Positions 9,055 through 18,567 of a DNA stretch of 37,943 bases are shown piece by piece. Below the pieces are notes generated by a model that was not told the DNA's origin, did not search any database, and was given only the letters and a program-made list of their open reading frames with translations. The number at the start of each line of letters is the position of its first letter. The first letter of the stretch is position 1. A program made the position numbers and the translations under genes. Source of the stretch: a virus (taxonomy: Duplodnaviria; Caudoviricetes); the IMG/VR virus record IMGVR_UViG_3300037780_000036, positions 1-37,943 of that record. The stretch is one strand, 5' to 3'.

Positions 9055-11027
9055 TGAACTAGCACCCCATCGATCTGATACCCGCGCCTAAGCCCGTCAT
9101 TGATGACGTCAAACACCTCTTGCACGCTGCCACGGCTGAACGTATCGCCCACAAGGTCAATCACGATGTTTTGGCGCGGCAATGCGGGGGCCGATCCTGC
9201 GCCGGATGCGCCTCCAGACGAACCAGCGCTAGTCCCGCCCTTCTGAGCGCTCTTGATGCTCTGCACCGCAGCTAGGCCGCTAGACAATGCTGCCGATGCA
9301 GCCGCGAAACGCCCGAATGGATTTCCAACAAATGCAGGGTCTTTCAGAACCTCAGTAAAGGCAAGAAAGCTGTTGGCAAGCGCAATGCCAGCGCTGATTT
9401 CCTTTGACCCCTGAAACAGATTTCCAAGGCCGCTAAGAATGTCTTTCACGCCCCCTTTGACATTCCCAACCGCGCTTCCGATCATGCCGTCAAGCGCCGA
9501 TTGAACAAGCGCTGTGCTTTCATCAATCCCCATCGCTAGGCCAGCGCCAATTTCGTTGCCGATGTTTGCAAAAACACGCGACGGCGATTTGATTTCTAGT
9601 TGGTCGCGCGCCTCTTGTTCGATCTGTTGCAAGTAAAGGCGAATTGCCTCGCTGTTTGCATCAAGCGTTGATGTAAGGCCCTCTTGAAAGCCGGTCCCGA
9701 CCATGCGCCCGAGCATTGCCCCGCGCTCCCTTGGGTCGGCGTCCATTATCTCGCCAATTTGGCCTTCTGACAATCCTTGCTGCGAAAGCACTTCCGGAGT
9801 GATTGCGCCACTCACAACGCCGCCGCCGCCTTGAGGCAACATGCCCGGCAGGCTTGCAAAAAAGTCTTTTACAGACTGCGCAGCATCTTTGATTGACTGC
9901 ACAAAATCTTGGATTTTCCCAACAATCCAATCAAATTTCTCGCCCACCCAATCAAGCGCGCCCCCAATCGCCGCCTTGATATCATCGCCCCACGTTTGCC
10001 AAGCTGCATATGCAAGCGTTGCCGCAGCAATAAATAGACCTATCGGCCCCGTTGATGCGATGATAAGCGAAAAAGCTTTTGACATGACGCCAAGCGCCAA
10101 AAGGATTGGGCCACCAGCGCCAAGGGTTGTAGCGATAACCGCCGCCGCTTCTTTGATCGGCTCAGGCAAGTCTCCGAACCAGTCAATCACTTTCACAACG
10201 CCTTGCACCATTGAAGCAAGGCCGGGGATAACCTTTTCTTCAATCGCAGGTATAAGCGTGTTGACCAAAACCGGCAAAAGCGCCGCGCCGATTTGATTTT
10301 TCAAGCCAGCAACCGCAGTTTGAACGCGGTCCATCGCATCATTGAAGTTCTCGGATGCGGCAAGAGCATCGCCATCCAATACGCCGCCAAGGTCGTTTGC
10401 CTGTTGTCTAAGCGCGGAAATTGTCGCCGCCGCACCGATCACCTTCGGGCCAAGCTCAGCACCCGCGCGCCCCATCAAGTCAGACGACAAGGAAGCGGCT
10501 TTTGCGGCGCTATCCGCTTCGTTCATCACGTTGATGAACCGGCCCATCGCTTCTTCGGTAGTGATGACGCCTGATGCAATTTCCTCAGCGGAAAAACCAA
10601 GCTGTTCTAGCGCTTCAATGGCTGGCGTCATGCCGTCAGCGGCTTCACCGATAGTTCGGTTCAATCGGCTTAGGGCCGCATCAACTTCACCACGGGACGC
10701 ACCGGCGACCTGACCCAATGCAAACCGATATTCTTGCAAAGCGCCAGCGCTGATACCAGCCCCGCGCGCTGTTTTAGCAATCTCATCGCCAACCAACGCC
10801 GTGCTTTGCGCCAAGCCAAACGCAGCCGCAGCACCAGCCGCCATAGCGCCTGAGACAATCGACATGCGCGCGCCGACGCGGTTCAGCGACGTGCCCAGCC
10901 GGTCCATTCGTTGCGCAACAGATTGCGTTGATGTGCCAAAGCGGCGAAGCTTTCCTTGCGCTTCATCAATGCCGCGCGTCAAGCCGTCGGTTGTCGCTTC
11001 TATGATGATGTTAAGGCTTGGAAGCAT
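9051..11027 (-). CDS. Tail tape measure protein
   Basis: 658 aa, Ala/Gly-rich helical, W/F-spaced repeats, LEIKSPSRVF motif. Confidence 0.93.
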   Translation of the reverse strand: MLPSLNIIIEATTDGLTRGIDEAQGKLRRFGTSTQSVAQRMDRLGTSLNRVGARMSIVSGAMAAGAAAAFGLAQSTALVGDEIAKTARGAGISAGALQEYRFALGQVAGASRGEVDAALSRLNRTIGEAADGMTPAIEALEQLGFSAEEIASGVITTEEAMGRFINVMNEADSAAKAASLSSDLMGRAGAELGPKVIGAAATISALRQQANDLGGVLDGDALAASENFNDAMDRVQTAVAGLKNQIGAALLPVLVNTLIPAIEEKVIPGLASMVQGVVKVIDWFGDLPEPIKEAAAVIATTLGAGGPILLALGVMSKAFSLIIASTGPIGLFIAAATLAYAAWQTWGDDIKAAIGGALDWVGEKFDWIVGKIQDFVQSIKDAAQSVKDFFASLPGMLPQGGGGVVSGAITPEVLSQQGLSEGQIGEIMDADPRERGAMLGRMVGTGFQEGLTSTLDANSEAIRLYLQQIEQEARDQLEIKSPSRVFANIGNEIGAGLAMGIDESTALVQSALDGMIGSAVGNVKGGVKDILSGLGNLFQGSKEISAGIALANSFLAFTEVLKDPAFVGNPFGRFAAASAALSSGLAAVQSIKSAQKGGTSAGSSGGASGAGSAPALPRQNIVIDLVGDTFSRGSVQEVFDVINDGLRRGYQIDGVLVQ

Positions 11028-11226
11028 TTGCCATATCCAACATTTTCCGAAGCCCCTTTGCGTCTGCGCGCGTTAACTGGCTTTTCTTTTTCGGCGGGCG
11101 CTCCGCTTCAACTAGCCACCAAAAATCGCGCGGGCGCATTTTCCAGAACTCAGAAGGCGCGATGCCAAGACCTTTGACCGCCATTTGAAACGCCGACTTT
11201 ACGAAGCGCCCGCCGTGCCCTTTCCC
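11011..11226 (-). CDS. Tail assembly chaperone gpGT extension reached by a -1 frameshift
   Basis: The -1 frame after G GGA AAG reads GHGGRFVKSAFQMAVKGLGIAPSEFWKMRPRDFWWLVEAE...ASKP* with TAA at 11011-11013. Confidence 0.85.
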   Translation of the reverse strand, partial: GKGHGGRFVKSAFQMAVKGLGIAPSEFWKMRPRDFWWLVEAERPPKKKSQLTRADAKGLRKMLDMANASKP

Positions 11227-11564
11227 TTGTCGTCACCGTCCGCTTCTGGCGCGCCATCCATCAGGATTGTCATAAGGCTTTCGATTGCGGAAAATAGCAC
11301 AAGCTTTGTGTCGTCTGCGCTTTTTCCTTTGATCGCGCCCATGATTTCAGAATGAATATCTTGAGCGGTTACATTTTTTGCACCAGCAAATTTGAGCATA
11401 ACCGCATAGGCGCGCGAAAGTTTCACAAACTTCGGGCGCTTTGCCATTTCCGCAAGCTCGCCAATGGTCACGACTTCTTCTATTTCCCCAGCAACTTCAA
11501 AAACCTCCCGCTCGGAGATAAGATATTCTTGCCCCTTCCATTGCAGCTTTATGGACTTTGGCAT
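11199..11564 (-). CDS. Tail assembly chaperone gpG
   Basis: Between tail tube and tape measure genes; slippery heptamer near the 3' end. Confidence 0.85.
   Translation of the reverse strand: MPKSIKLQWKGQEYLISEREVFEVAGEIEEVVTIGELAEMAKRPKFVKLSRAYAVMLKFAGAKNVTAQDIHSEIMGAIKGKSADDTKLVLFSAIESLMTILMDGAPEADGDDKGKGTAGAS
11220..11226 (-). other. Programmed -1 frameshift site GGGAAAG
   Basis: X XXY YYZ in the correct frame; same heptamer as lambda G/GT. Confidence 0.88.
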
Positions 11565-11565
11565 A

Positions 11566-11952
11566 TCAGATCGCCGTCGCGGTGAATTGGCCAGACGATT
11601 GCAGAGTTGCCGTGTAAGTCTGTTCGCCATCATGCTCGCCGCTTGCCTCAAAGTTGGCAAGATAGAAGTCGCCAGAAATGACGTCTACGCCATCTTCAAG
11701 CGTAACATCCGTCAAAAGCAAGCTTCCTGTGCCAAGGGCAAGATCGGAAAGCACTTGATCAACCCAAACGCCCTCCACGTTGATGTCCAGAGACTTTACG
11801 CCCGCAAAGCCAGCCAAGCGGCGATACCCGCCATCTGTCTTTGACGTAATGTCAACCGGCGAACCATCAACAGTAAAGCCCGTGACGCGCTGTGCGCCAA
11901 TAGCAGTGCCGCCCTTTTTCAGAATAAGGTCGCGTCCTGTTCTCGCTACCAT
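11566..11952 (-). CDS. Major tail tube protein (TP901-1/GTA-like family)
   Basis: GRDLILK...VDITSK..GGYRRL..AGVKS...YTATLQSSG pattern. Confidence 0.9.
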   Translation of the reverse strand: MVARTGRDLILKKGGTAIGAQRVTGFTVDGSPVDITSKTDGGYRRLAGFAGVKSLDINVEGVWVDQVLSDLALGTGSLLLTDVTLEDGVDVISGDFYLANFEASGEHDGEQTYTATLQSSGQFTATAI

Positions 11953-11964
11953 TTGCGTATCTCC

Positions 11965-12375
11965 TTACAATGTTACGCCAGAAATGATCGGGCGGAACGC
12001 CAGAACACTTGTTGATTTCGCCACGCCCAGAACGATCACGCTATCGCCCGTCGTCAAGTCAGCTTGCGGCGCAACTGCCCCCGCCGTATCAGCGGCGCAA
12101 TAAGTCGTGCCCGCCGTCATTACCGCGCCAATGGTAACGTCCCCTGATTGCAAAACAGTAATCGGCTGATTGTTTGATGCGCCGTTTAGGGCCATGAATG
12201 CTGCACTTGCGCCGCCAGAAGGCAGGCTGTCAGCGTCAAGAAGCTTGTATTTCGCATCGGCAGGATCAAGGTAAACGATCTGCCCCGCTGCGATTGTCGC
12301 GCCTGATTTTCCGTTTCGCGTTACGGCAGTTGCCGAAGCTACGACATTCGCCGGTGTAATCGTCAAATCCGCCAT
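11965..12375 (-). CDS. Virion decoration/cement-like protein
   Basis: GATIAAGQIVYLD motif typical of small trimeric decoration proteins; GGAGG RBS and its own late-promoter copy. Confidence 0.65.
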   Translation of the reverse strand: MADLTITPANVVASATAVTRNGKSGATIAAGQIVYLDPADAKYKLLDADSLPSGGASAAFMALNGASNNQPITVLQSGDVTIGAVMTAGTTYCAADTAGAVAPQADLTTGDSVIVLGVAKSTSVLAFRPIISGVTL

Positions 12376-12402
12376 GCCGAAACCTCCGTCAATTGGCCTG
12401 CT

Positions 12403-12435
12403 GTTACATTATCACACAACGCGGGCACGCGCTAG
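12403..12435 (-). promoter_or_regulatory. Late promoter motif, copy 2
   Basis: CTAGCGCG-N11-TGTGATAATGTAAC upstream of the tail operon. Confidence 0.8.
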
Positions 12436-12857
12436 ACGCTAGGCAACGCCAGCACGCGCACCCTGATCATACACCGCCGCGTCTTGCCGTCAGGGTCTAG
12501 CATGAAGTCCATGCCTTCAACCTCTGACGTGATGAAACCCGTCAGGCTCCAATCTGTGCGGTGCAGCCGATCATACGCCGCCTTGGCGATGCGCTCTAAT
12601 GCCCCGTTGGCCGTGCGAGACCAGATGTCCACCTGCAAAATCACGTTGTCGCCTGTCGTGTCTTTAGTGGCGTAAAGCACATTCGACGGCGCGCTAACCG
12701 TGATGTATGGAAAGAAAGCATCGTCGCCGCTATCCTTGCGCTGCGGCGCGCCTTCCCAATAAATCGCGGGCGCAGGGGCTTGCGCAGAAAGCAGGCTTGT
12801 CACGGCGCTTACATTCAAGCGCGCCATGACTGACGATCTAATGCCGCTCGGGTTCAT
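12432..12857 (-). CDS. Tail terminator/completion protein (DUF3168-like)
   Basis: FPYITV...LQVDIWSR...DPDGKTRR pattern; expected position. Confidence 0.85.
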   Translation of the reverse strand: MNPSGIRSSVMARLNVSAVTSLLSAQAPAPAIYWEGAPQRKDSGDDAFFPYITVSAPSNVLYATKDTTGDNVILQVDIWSRTANGALERIAKAAYDRLHRTDWSLTGFITSEVEGMDFMLDPDGKTRRCMIRVRVLALPSV

Positions 12858-13069
12858 GCTACACCGTTCGGAAGCCAAGCCTTTGCTTCCGCCTCTGTGT
12901 CAAAGAGCGGGCTTTGCCATGTCCTGCGCTGAGGCCCAAAATCATAGACAAACCGCTTGCACCGATCCGGCCCCTCGGTGTCAACAAAAGCGCGCCAGCC
13001 CTTTTCCCTATGCGGCGTTCCGTTACAAAGCTGTCGGTTCTTGATGACCCTTTTGCCGGTTACAGTCAT
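12854..13069 (-). CDS. Small hypothetical protein inserted in the neck module
   Basis: ATGA overlaps with both neighbours. Confidence 0.65.
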   Translation of the reverse strand: MTVTGKRVIKNRQLCNGTPHREKGWRAFVDTEGPDRCKRFVYDFGPQRRTWQSPLFDTEAEAKAWLPNGVA

Positions 13070-13557
13070 GTCAGCCTCGCAATCGCCGTAGTGATCCGCA
13101 GTTGAAACTTGGGACGCGCCGCCTCAGCCGCAGGAACCCATGACGGGCGCGCGGCAATCATGCGCGTGCCGAATTCGAGGTATGTCGCGTATTGCACGCC
13201 GCTTGTAATTTCGGCAGTTAAATCATTGATGCGCTTATATGCAATGCTTTTAACTAGCACACCTGTGTCAGTTGCAGGTGCTTCACCCGGCGCGGACGCT
13301 TGATGCGTTGCGGAAAGGTTATTTCCAGAGCGCGGGCCAACTGGAACTGGCCTGCCGTTAATCATGCGGAAAATGTCGGAATAGACTGCGCCCGTTTTGG
13401 GCCCTCGATTGATGCGCGATGTAATATCTCTAGTAACATCCAAGGCCGTCGCCTGCACCGCCTGCCCGATAGCCTCCCGCGCGCGCTGCCCATACTTGCG
13501 AAGCGCCGCTTGCACCTCCTGCATATTGGCAGGCTCGATCTTGACTGTTCCCGTCAT
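13066..13557 (-). CDS. HK97 gp10-like tail completion protein
   Basis: HQASAPGEAPATDTG.L..SI and YATYLEFGTRMIAARP motifs. Confidence 0.9.
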   Translation of the reverse strand: MTGTVKIEPANMQEVQAALRKYGQRAREAIGQAVQATALDVTRDITSRINRGPKTGAVYSDIFRMINGRPVPVGPRSGNNLSATHQASAPGEAPATDTGVLVKSIAYKRINDLTAEITSGVQYATYLEFGTRMIAARPSWVPAAEAARPKFQLRITTAIARLT

Positions 13558-13913
13558 GACGCCACGCCCCTCTCCACGTCGATAATCAACCAGCGCCGCC
13601 GGAATTCCCAATCGACAATGCGCCGAATGTTGTAGGCCACGCCATAGATCAGCACCCGGTCAACCTCAGTTAGCCCCGAGAAATACCGGCACGTAACGCG
13701 ATACATTGCCCGCGCCTCGATCCGGTCATTTGCGTAAACCTCGCGCCCGGACGCCGCGACAACCTGCGCCCGCGTCGGGCTTCCCGCGATGCTCGCAAAC
13801 GTTTCTTGCACGCCCCCCTCATCGCCAGACGTGGAAAGCCGCGCAACGCTATAGCGCTGAAACGTGACCGGCGTGCGAAGGTCGCTAACGGATATCGGGC
13901 CGCAACACTTCAT
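13554..13913 (-). CDS. Head closure / head-tail adaptor (SPP1 gp16-like)
   Basis: LRTPVTFQR...SGREV...YRVTCRY...YNIRRI pattern. Confidence 0.85.
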   Translation of the reverse strand: MKCCGPISVSDLRTPVTFQRYSVARLSTSGDEGGVQETFASIAGSPTRAQVVAASGREVYANDRIEARAMYRVTCRYFSGLTEVDRVLIYGVAYNIRRIVDWEFRRRWLIIDVERGVAS

Positions 13914-14185
13914 GCCGTGCGCCTCACAACTGCAATCTTTGCTGGCCCATTATCCCCGCGCGCCCACACATGAGATTGCCCAACCTGAGATGAACATTCA
14001 AAGTCCCAGCGGGGCGGGAAGCTTTCGACAAGGATCGACGGCGCATCAATAGCTGGGGCAGTAGCGCTATCGTTGAAATGCAGCCTGACATTCGCAGCCG
14101 AGATAAGCTGCACCGCAAGAGTGTTGTTCCCGCCAAGGATTTCAGTCCATGCGCCTGCCGTGAGGTTGAAAACCAGCGTTTGCAT
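13910..14185 (-). CDS. Small beta-rich hypothetical virion protein
   Basis: Coupled between connector and closure genes; VWARG C-terminal strand. Confidence 0.65.
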   Translation of the reverse strand: MQTLVFNLTAGAWTEILGGNNTLAVQLISAANVRLHFNDSATAPAIDAPSILVESFPPRWDFECSSQVGQSHVWARGDNGPAKIAVVRRTA

Positions 14186-14856
14186 TACACCGACACCACA
14201 CGATAGCGCCCAGCGATGGCCGCTGCACCGCTCGCGTGATACGCCTCAGAAGCCGCGCAGCCGCGATGCTCATACATGTGCGAAACCATCACCTTGATAG
14301 CCCGCTTCAACGGGGCGGGAACGGACGCCACGTTGCCATATCCTGCCGTGTAGTCGATCTGAATAGCGTTGATCGCGCGCAAGGCAATTGGCCAAGTCTG
14401 CCCCCGCTTTAACGCCATGCGCCCCGGATGCTGATATGGATCAACATCAAACACGTTGCCCACCGTTACCGCAGTGGGGTCGCCCGCCTCATTGAACACG
14501 GTTACAGTGTCCACCGTTTGCAGCGGGTAACGGGGCAGATGCACCCAAGGCACAGGAGAATTGGCATACAGTTCCGAGATTGGTATTTGCTTGATGCCGT
14601 CCCACCAATCAGCAAGCGCGCCCGGCCAGCGGTCCAGCGACAAGCGCCACGATTGCGTAACCATTGCAATGCCGGTCACGTCCTCGATTTCTTGCCGCGC
14701 CTCGGTAATCATGCCCGCAATCAACGTGTCGTCTTGCGTTTCCTCAATCACAAGCAACGCCGCCATTTCAGCGGGCGTCACCGGCTCAACAGTGGGCGCG
14801 GTGCGGATCACATGGCCGCGATACTGCCGCAGCGGGATTGCAGGGCGAAGCGTCAT
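14185..14856 (-). CDS. Head-tail connector (gp6-like)
   Basis: PTVEPVT, ITEARQEIE..TG.AMVTQSW, IDYTAGYG...VPAPLKRAI...HMYEHRG motifs. Confidence 0.9.
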   Translation of the reverse strand: MTLRPAIPLRQYRGHVIRTAPTVEPVTPAEMAALLVIEETQDDTLIAGMITEARQEIEDVTGIAMVTQSWRLSLDRWPGALADWWDGIKQIPISELYANSPVPWVHLPRYPLQTVDTVTVFNEAGDPTAVTVGNVFDVDPYQHPGRMALKRGQTWPIALRAINAIQIDYTAGYGNVASVPAPLKRAIKVMVSHMYEHRGCAASEAYHASGAAAIAGRYRVVSV

Positions 14857-15041
14857 TTCTTGCGCCCTCGCTTTGTTTCAAGATGCGGCGCTGGCTTCGT
14901 TTCCTCTACGGGATTAAACGCCGCGCCATCATCAAGCGCCAGCCGAGCAGCCTTGCCCGTAAGCACGTCACCCGCCTTGTAATGGGCGGTTGTGTGGCCG
15001 TCCGGAGCGCATGAATAGTTGGTGTGAAGGATCGCTTGCAT
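14853..15041 (-). CDS. Small head-associated hypothetical protein
   Basis: ETKPAP..ETKRGRKK tail typical of small genes after the capsid gene. Confidence 0.7.
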   Translation of the reverse strand: MQAILHTNYSCAPDGHTTAHYKAGDVLTGKAARLALDDGAAFNPVEETKPAPHLETKRGRKK

Positions 15042-15232
15042 TATTCCATTCCAGCCGCGTTTCCCCATTCTGAAAAAGCCTGACGCCCCGGCGCGGTGTC
15101 CCACATATTTTTGCTTTCCCAAGTTGGCACGATAACGTGCCCGCTTTTGCCTTTAGGGTGCGACCCCTCACCGGTCGCCCAGCGAGAAAGGGCTTTAGCT
15201 TCGCGGGCGCGAGCTTCATCTAGTGTTTTCAT
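15041..15232 (-). CDS. Small hypothetical protein
   Basis: AGGAGG RBS; TAATG overlap with the next gene. Confidence 0.6.
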   Translation of the reverse strand: MKTLDEARAREAKALSRWATGEGSHPKGKSGHVIVPTWESKNMWDTAPGRQAFSEWGNAAGME

Positions 15233-15285
15233 ATCAGCCTCCTGCGCTTAGGATGGGGGCCGGTTGCCCAGCCCCACACCTAAAT

Positions 15286-15738
15286 TCAGGTCGCCGCCGT
15301 TGTCGCGCCGACAGTCGTCGTGGGTGCGCGATGCGGCTTGTTGAGCATGGCCAGAACCTGCACGGTTGCGTTGGTGCCAGTCGTGCCCGTGATGACCGCG
15401 CGAACATAGCGCTTGCCGCCCGCATAGCCAACCCCACCAGCAACAAGGCCATTGGCCGCGTCCGTGGTGACAGTGACAGTCGTGCCGCCCGCGCTGTTGG
15501 GCAGAAGGCCAGCCGCAGGCACGTCAACAAAGTCAGCCGCCGCCGTGGTGTCGCTGTGTTGCAGCTTCATGGTAAAGCCCGACGCCGTGCCCGCATCCGT
15601 GACTGTGCCAGTCTCAAGATACAGGGTGATCGCGTCAAAGCCGCGCCGGTCAAACAGTGCCGAGTTGTTCGGCGTGACACCCGAGAGCGTTTGCACCGCG
15701 CCCCGAATGATAGTCTGGTTGGAGATCATGTCGCGCAT
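15286..15738 (-). CDS. Capsid decoration/head protein
   Basis: Directly after the capsid gene; DRRGFD...LQHSD...GYAGGKRYVR beta-sandwich pattern. Confidence 0.75.
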   Translation of the reverse strand: MRDMISNQTIIRGAVQTLSGVTPNNSALFDRRGFDAITLYLETGTVTDAGTASGFTMKLQHSDTTAAADFVDVPAAGLLPNSAGGTTVTVTTDAANGLVAGGVGYAGGKRYVRAVITGTTGTNATVQVLAMLNKPHRAPTTTVGATTAAT

Positions 15739-15761
15739 TGATTTACCCCTTTTGCGCTAGA

Positions 15762-15791
15762 GAAAACGGGGCGGCAGGTTCACCGCCCCGC
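15762..15791 (-). terminator. Rho-independent terminator after the major capsid gene
   Basis: Minus strand cggggcgg-tgaacctg-ccgccccg followed by ttttc. Confidence 0.8.
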
Positions 15792-15797
15792 TATGTG

Positions 15798-17099
15798 TTA
15801 CGCCGTGGCGAACTCGATCAGCTTGAGCGCCTCGAAGTTCACAACATCGCCGCCGGTCCGCTTCGTGGTGTAAAGCAGGATGAACGGCTTGGAGGTGAAC
15901 GGATCACGCAGAACGCGAATGCCCGCGCGGTCCACGATCTGATACGCCGCCCGCATGTCGCCGACAGCAATCGACAAGCTGCCCGTTGCCGGGTCAGGCA
16001 TGTCCTCGAAAGATGCAGTCGGATAGCCCAAAAGCGTAGCAGGCTGACCAGCGGCAATGCCGGGAGACCAGATATAAGCGCCGTCGCTGTCTTTCAGCTT
16101 CCGCACCTTGGCAAAGGTCGTCCGGTTCATGAACCACGTCGCGTTGGCCCGATACGGCGCTTTCAGCGAATACAAGGCGTCAATCAGAACGTCGCCACCA
16201 GCAGGCGCGGCGGCAAAGTCGCCGTTAACGCCAGTTTTCACGCGCTCAATCGTGCCCGGAAGCGTGGTGCCCGCCGCATAAGTCAGGAAGCCGCGCGGCT
16301 TTTCCGCACCGTCTCCCGTGACAAAGGCCGTGTTCTCGGCAAGCGAGAATTCAAGCGCCACTTTGTCAGCAAGCCAAGCCTCCATGTTCAGCGAAGCATC
16401 ATCCAGAAGCTTTTGCGTTGCTGCAGGCATGGCCGACAGTTCATGCACCGGAATGCGCCATTTGCCCAGCTTGGGGGTGGCGGTTTCCGTGCGCGCCGCA
16501 GTCTCGCCAACCCACACAGCCGCCGCCCGCTCAAGGTCAAACAGACCTTCAAGCGCGTCGGTGCTGATAACCTGAATAGACGCAAACGCGCGCATCGGGG
16601 ATGTTTCGTCAACCTTGGTGACGATCTGTCCAGACATATCTGGATAGACGACATAACCGCCGCTCGGGTCAAACCCCACCGAAAGCGCCTTACGTTCATC
16701 AGCCGAAAGCGCATCCATGCCCTTCGCCATGTAGCGCAGACCGGCTTGGCGATAATCTTCCATCGCCTTCGCGTTCATGTCGAACGGGCGCTGTTCATAC
16801 GCCGTCGCCGTCACGTTCGCCCAAGTTTGCGCCTTGGCGTCGAGATCAATCTCATTGCCCTTTTCATCGGTGATGACACGCTGCGAACGCTTGACCGCGA
16901 GAAACGCCTTTTCGGCGGTTTCGTTCGCCGCGTTCAACGCCTCATCAATGCGGGCCAGCTTTTGCTCCAAGAGCGGGTCAGCCGCGCCCTTGGCTTCGAT
17001 CTCTTTCAGCCGCGCGTCATTGGCTTCCTTGTAAGCCTCGAAGCCTTTCTTGACTTCGACAACAGCCTCTGCGGCTTGTTTCATGATATCTTCAGACAT
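15798..17099 (-). CDS. Major capsid protein, HK97 family
   Basis: Coiled-coil delta domain, KALSVG.DPSGGYVV, WVGE, GDGAEKPRGFL, KLKDSDGAYIW motifs. Confidence 0.97.
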   Translation of the reverse strand: MSEDIMKQAAEAVVEVKKGFEAYKEANDARLKEIEAKGAADPLLEQKLARIDEALNAANETAEKAFLAVKRSQRVITDEKGNEIDLDAKAQTWANVTATAYEQRPFDMNAKAMEDYRQAGLRYMAKGMDALSADERKALSVGFDPSGGYVVYPDMSGQIVTKVDETSPMRAFASIQVISTDALEGLFDLERAAAVWVGETAARTETATPKLGKWRIPVHELSAMPAATQKLLDDASLNMEAWLADKVALEFSLAENTAFVTGDGAEKPRGFLTYAAGTTLPGTIERVKTGVNGDFAAAPAGGDVLIDALYSLKAPYRANATWFMNRTTFAKVRKLKDSDGAYIWSPGIAAGQPATLLGYPTASFEDMPDPATGSLSIAVGDMRAAYQIVDRAGIRVLRDPFTSKPFILLYTTKRTGGDVVNFEALKLIEFATA

Positions 17100-17754
17100 G
17101 GAATGTCTCCTGTAGTTGTCTGAGTTGCAACAATAGGGCCTTGGCCCCGTCATCAGCCCCAGAGACGCCCACGTCGCGCGGTGCCCTTATGGCTTTAAAG
17201 CCGTCAGCCATGAAGGCTTTGGCCTCTGAAATGGAAAGGCCGCATACGTCGCGCAGCGCCCGTTCCATCAATTTCGGATCAAACCGCCCGTCCTCGTTTT
17301 TGACGGCGGTGATTTTTGCGTCGGGCAGCATCGGAAATGTCACGATGCTGATTTCAAACAGATCAACCTCTTTCAAGCGCCGCACGCGCCCGCCCGCTTC
17401 CGGGGCCGCCTCTACAGTGCGATAGCCGATTGACATGCTGTCGATAGCACCGGCGCGCATCAAGGCCATTGCCTCGCGGCCCTTGTTCACTTCTTTCAGC
17501 AACCGGCCTTTGACGTATAGCCCGCGCTCATCTTCGCGCACCTCATCCCAGACGCCAATCGGGTCGTTCTGGTTGTGTTGCCAAAGCATTTTGACCTTGC
17601 GCCCGCTGCCCAGAGATTTTGAAAACGCCCCCGGCGCGACAACATCAAAGCCAAGGTCCACCACGTCAAAAACGCTGGCATACCCCTCAAATGTGCCGTC
17701 CTCATCCGGCTCGCGTTTCAACTCGAACGCAGCGTTCTTGAAGTCCAAAGCCAT
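17092..17754 (-). CDS. HK97-family prohead protease
   Basis: FEGYASVF, MLWQH, SMSIGY, EISIVTFP motifs. Confidence 0.96.
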   Translation of the reverse strand: MALDFKNAAFELKREPDEDGTFEGYASVFDVVDLGFDVVAPGAFSKSLGSGRKVKMLWQHNQNDPIGVWDEVREDERGLYVKGRLLKEVNKGREAMALMRAGAIDSMSIGYRTVEAAPEAGGRVRRLKEVDLFEISIVTFPMLPDAKITAVKNEDGRFDPKLMERALRDVCGLSISEAKAFMADGFKAIRAPRDVGVSGADDGAKALLLQLRQLQETFHV

Positions 17755-17776
17755 GCCGTGCCCTCTGCCCGTTTGC

Positions 17777-17809
17777 GTTATATTATCACATAACAATTCG
17801 GCGCGCTAG
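17777..17809 (-). promoter_or_regulatory. Late promoter motif, copy 3
   Basis: CTAGCGCG-N11-TGTGATAATATAAC upstream of protease and capsid genes. Confidence 0.8.
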
Positions 17810-18567
17810 TCATCGACAATAAACCCCTGCGCGCACCGGCAATTGGCGATTTGCTCAACCGGCGCGCTAGGGTCGCCCGGATACATCAGCGATGAACCGC
17901 CCACGTCAAACGCGTCATCCACGCCCACGATCTGCCCATCAGCCGCCGCGTGATCCGGCCTTGTCCGGTCGTCCTCAGCGGCAATCCACTCTTTCCGCAA
18001 GGGCAAGCCGGTTTCCTTTGCCGCAGATGTCGCGCCAAAGTTCGCCGCGCCGTGCGTTTCTGTGCGCGCAATCAACGCCGACCGATAGCGGCTGAATTCG
18101 GGCACAAGACCGCGAATGTATTTCGCAACGCCTTCCTGCCCCAAGCCATCGGCATAACCGCGCGTCACCGCGTTGATAACCTGATTGCGCGTTGTCTCTG
18201 CAATCGAAGTGATGTGCCTGCGGATAGCCTCATTCGCGATGTATCGCAGCGCTAGGCGCGCCATCGTATCGGCGAAGTCCTTGGTTTCCAGAACGCGCCC
18301 GGACGCCTTGCCTTGATCTATCACTCGCGCGCCGAACGCCGTTGCGGCGTCAATTGCCATCGCCCGAAACGCGGCTTCCACGTTGTCGTGATGATCGCGC
18401 GGCGGGATAACCTCGCCCGTGATTTCAAACCCGCGCACCATTTCCAGCATGGCGCGGGCAATCTCGCGCTGCATTCTGTTACGAAACGACACTTCTAGCC
18501 GGTCAAGCAAGATGTTTTGGCGGCGAAGTTCACGCTCGCGGCTCTGGTCAAGAAGGCGTCTTGCCAT
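17806..18567 (-). CDS. Minor head protein (Mu gpF / SPP1 gp7 family)
   Basis: IARTETH, KEWIAAEDDRTRPDH, YPGDP...NCRC motifs. Confidence 0.93.
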   Translation of the reverse strand: MARRLLDQSRERELRRQNILLDRLEVSFRNRMQREIARAMLEMVRGFEITGEVIPPRDHHDNVEAAFRAMAIDAATAFGARVIDQGKASGRVLETKDFADTMARLALRYIANEAIRRHITSIAETTRNQVINAVTRGYADGLGQEGVAKYIRGLVPEFSRYRSALIARTETHGAANFGATSAAKETGLPLRKEWIAAEDDRTRPDHAAADGQIVGVDDAFDVGGSSLMYPGDPSAPVEQIANCRCAQGFIVDD

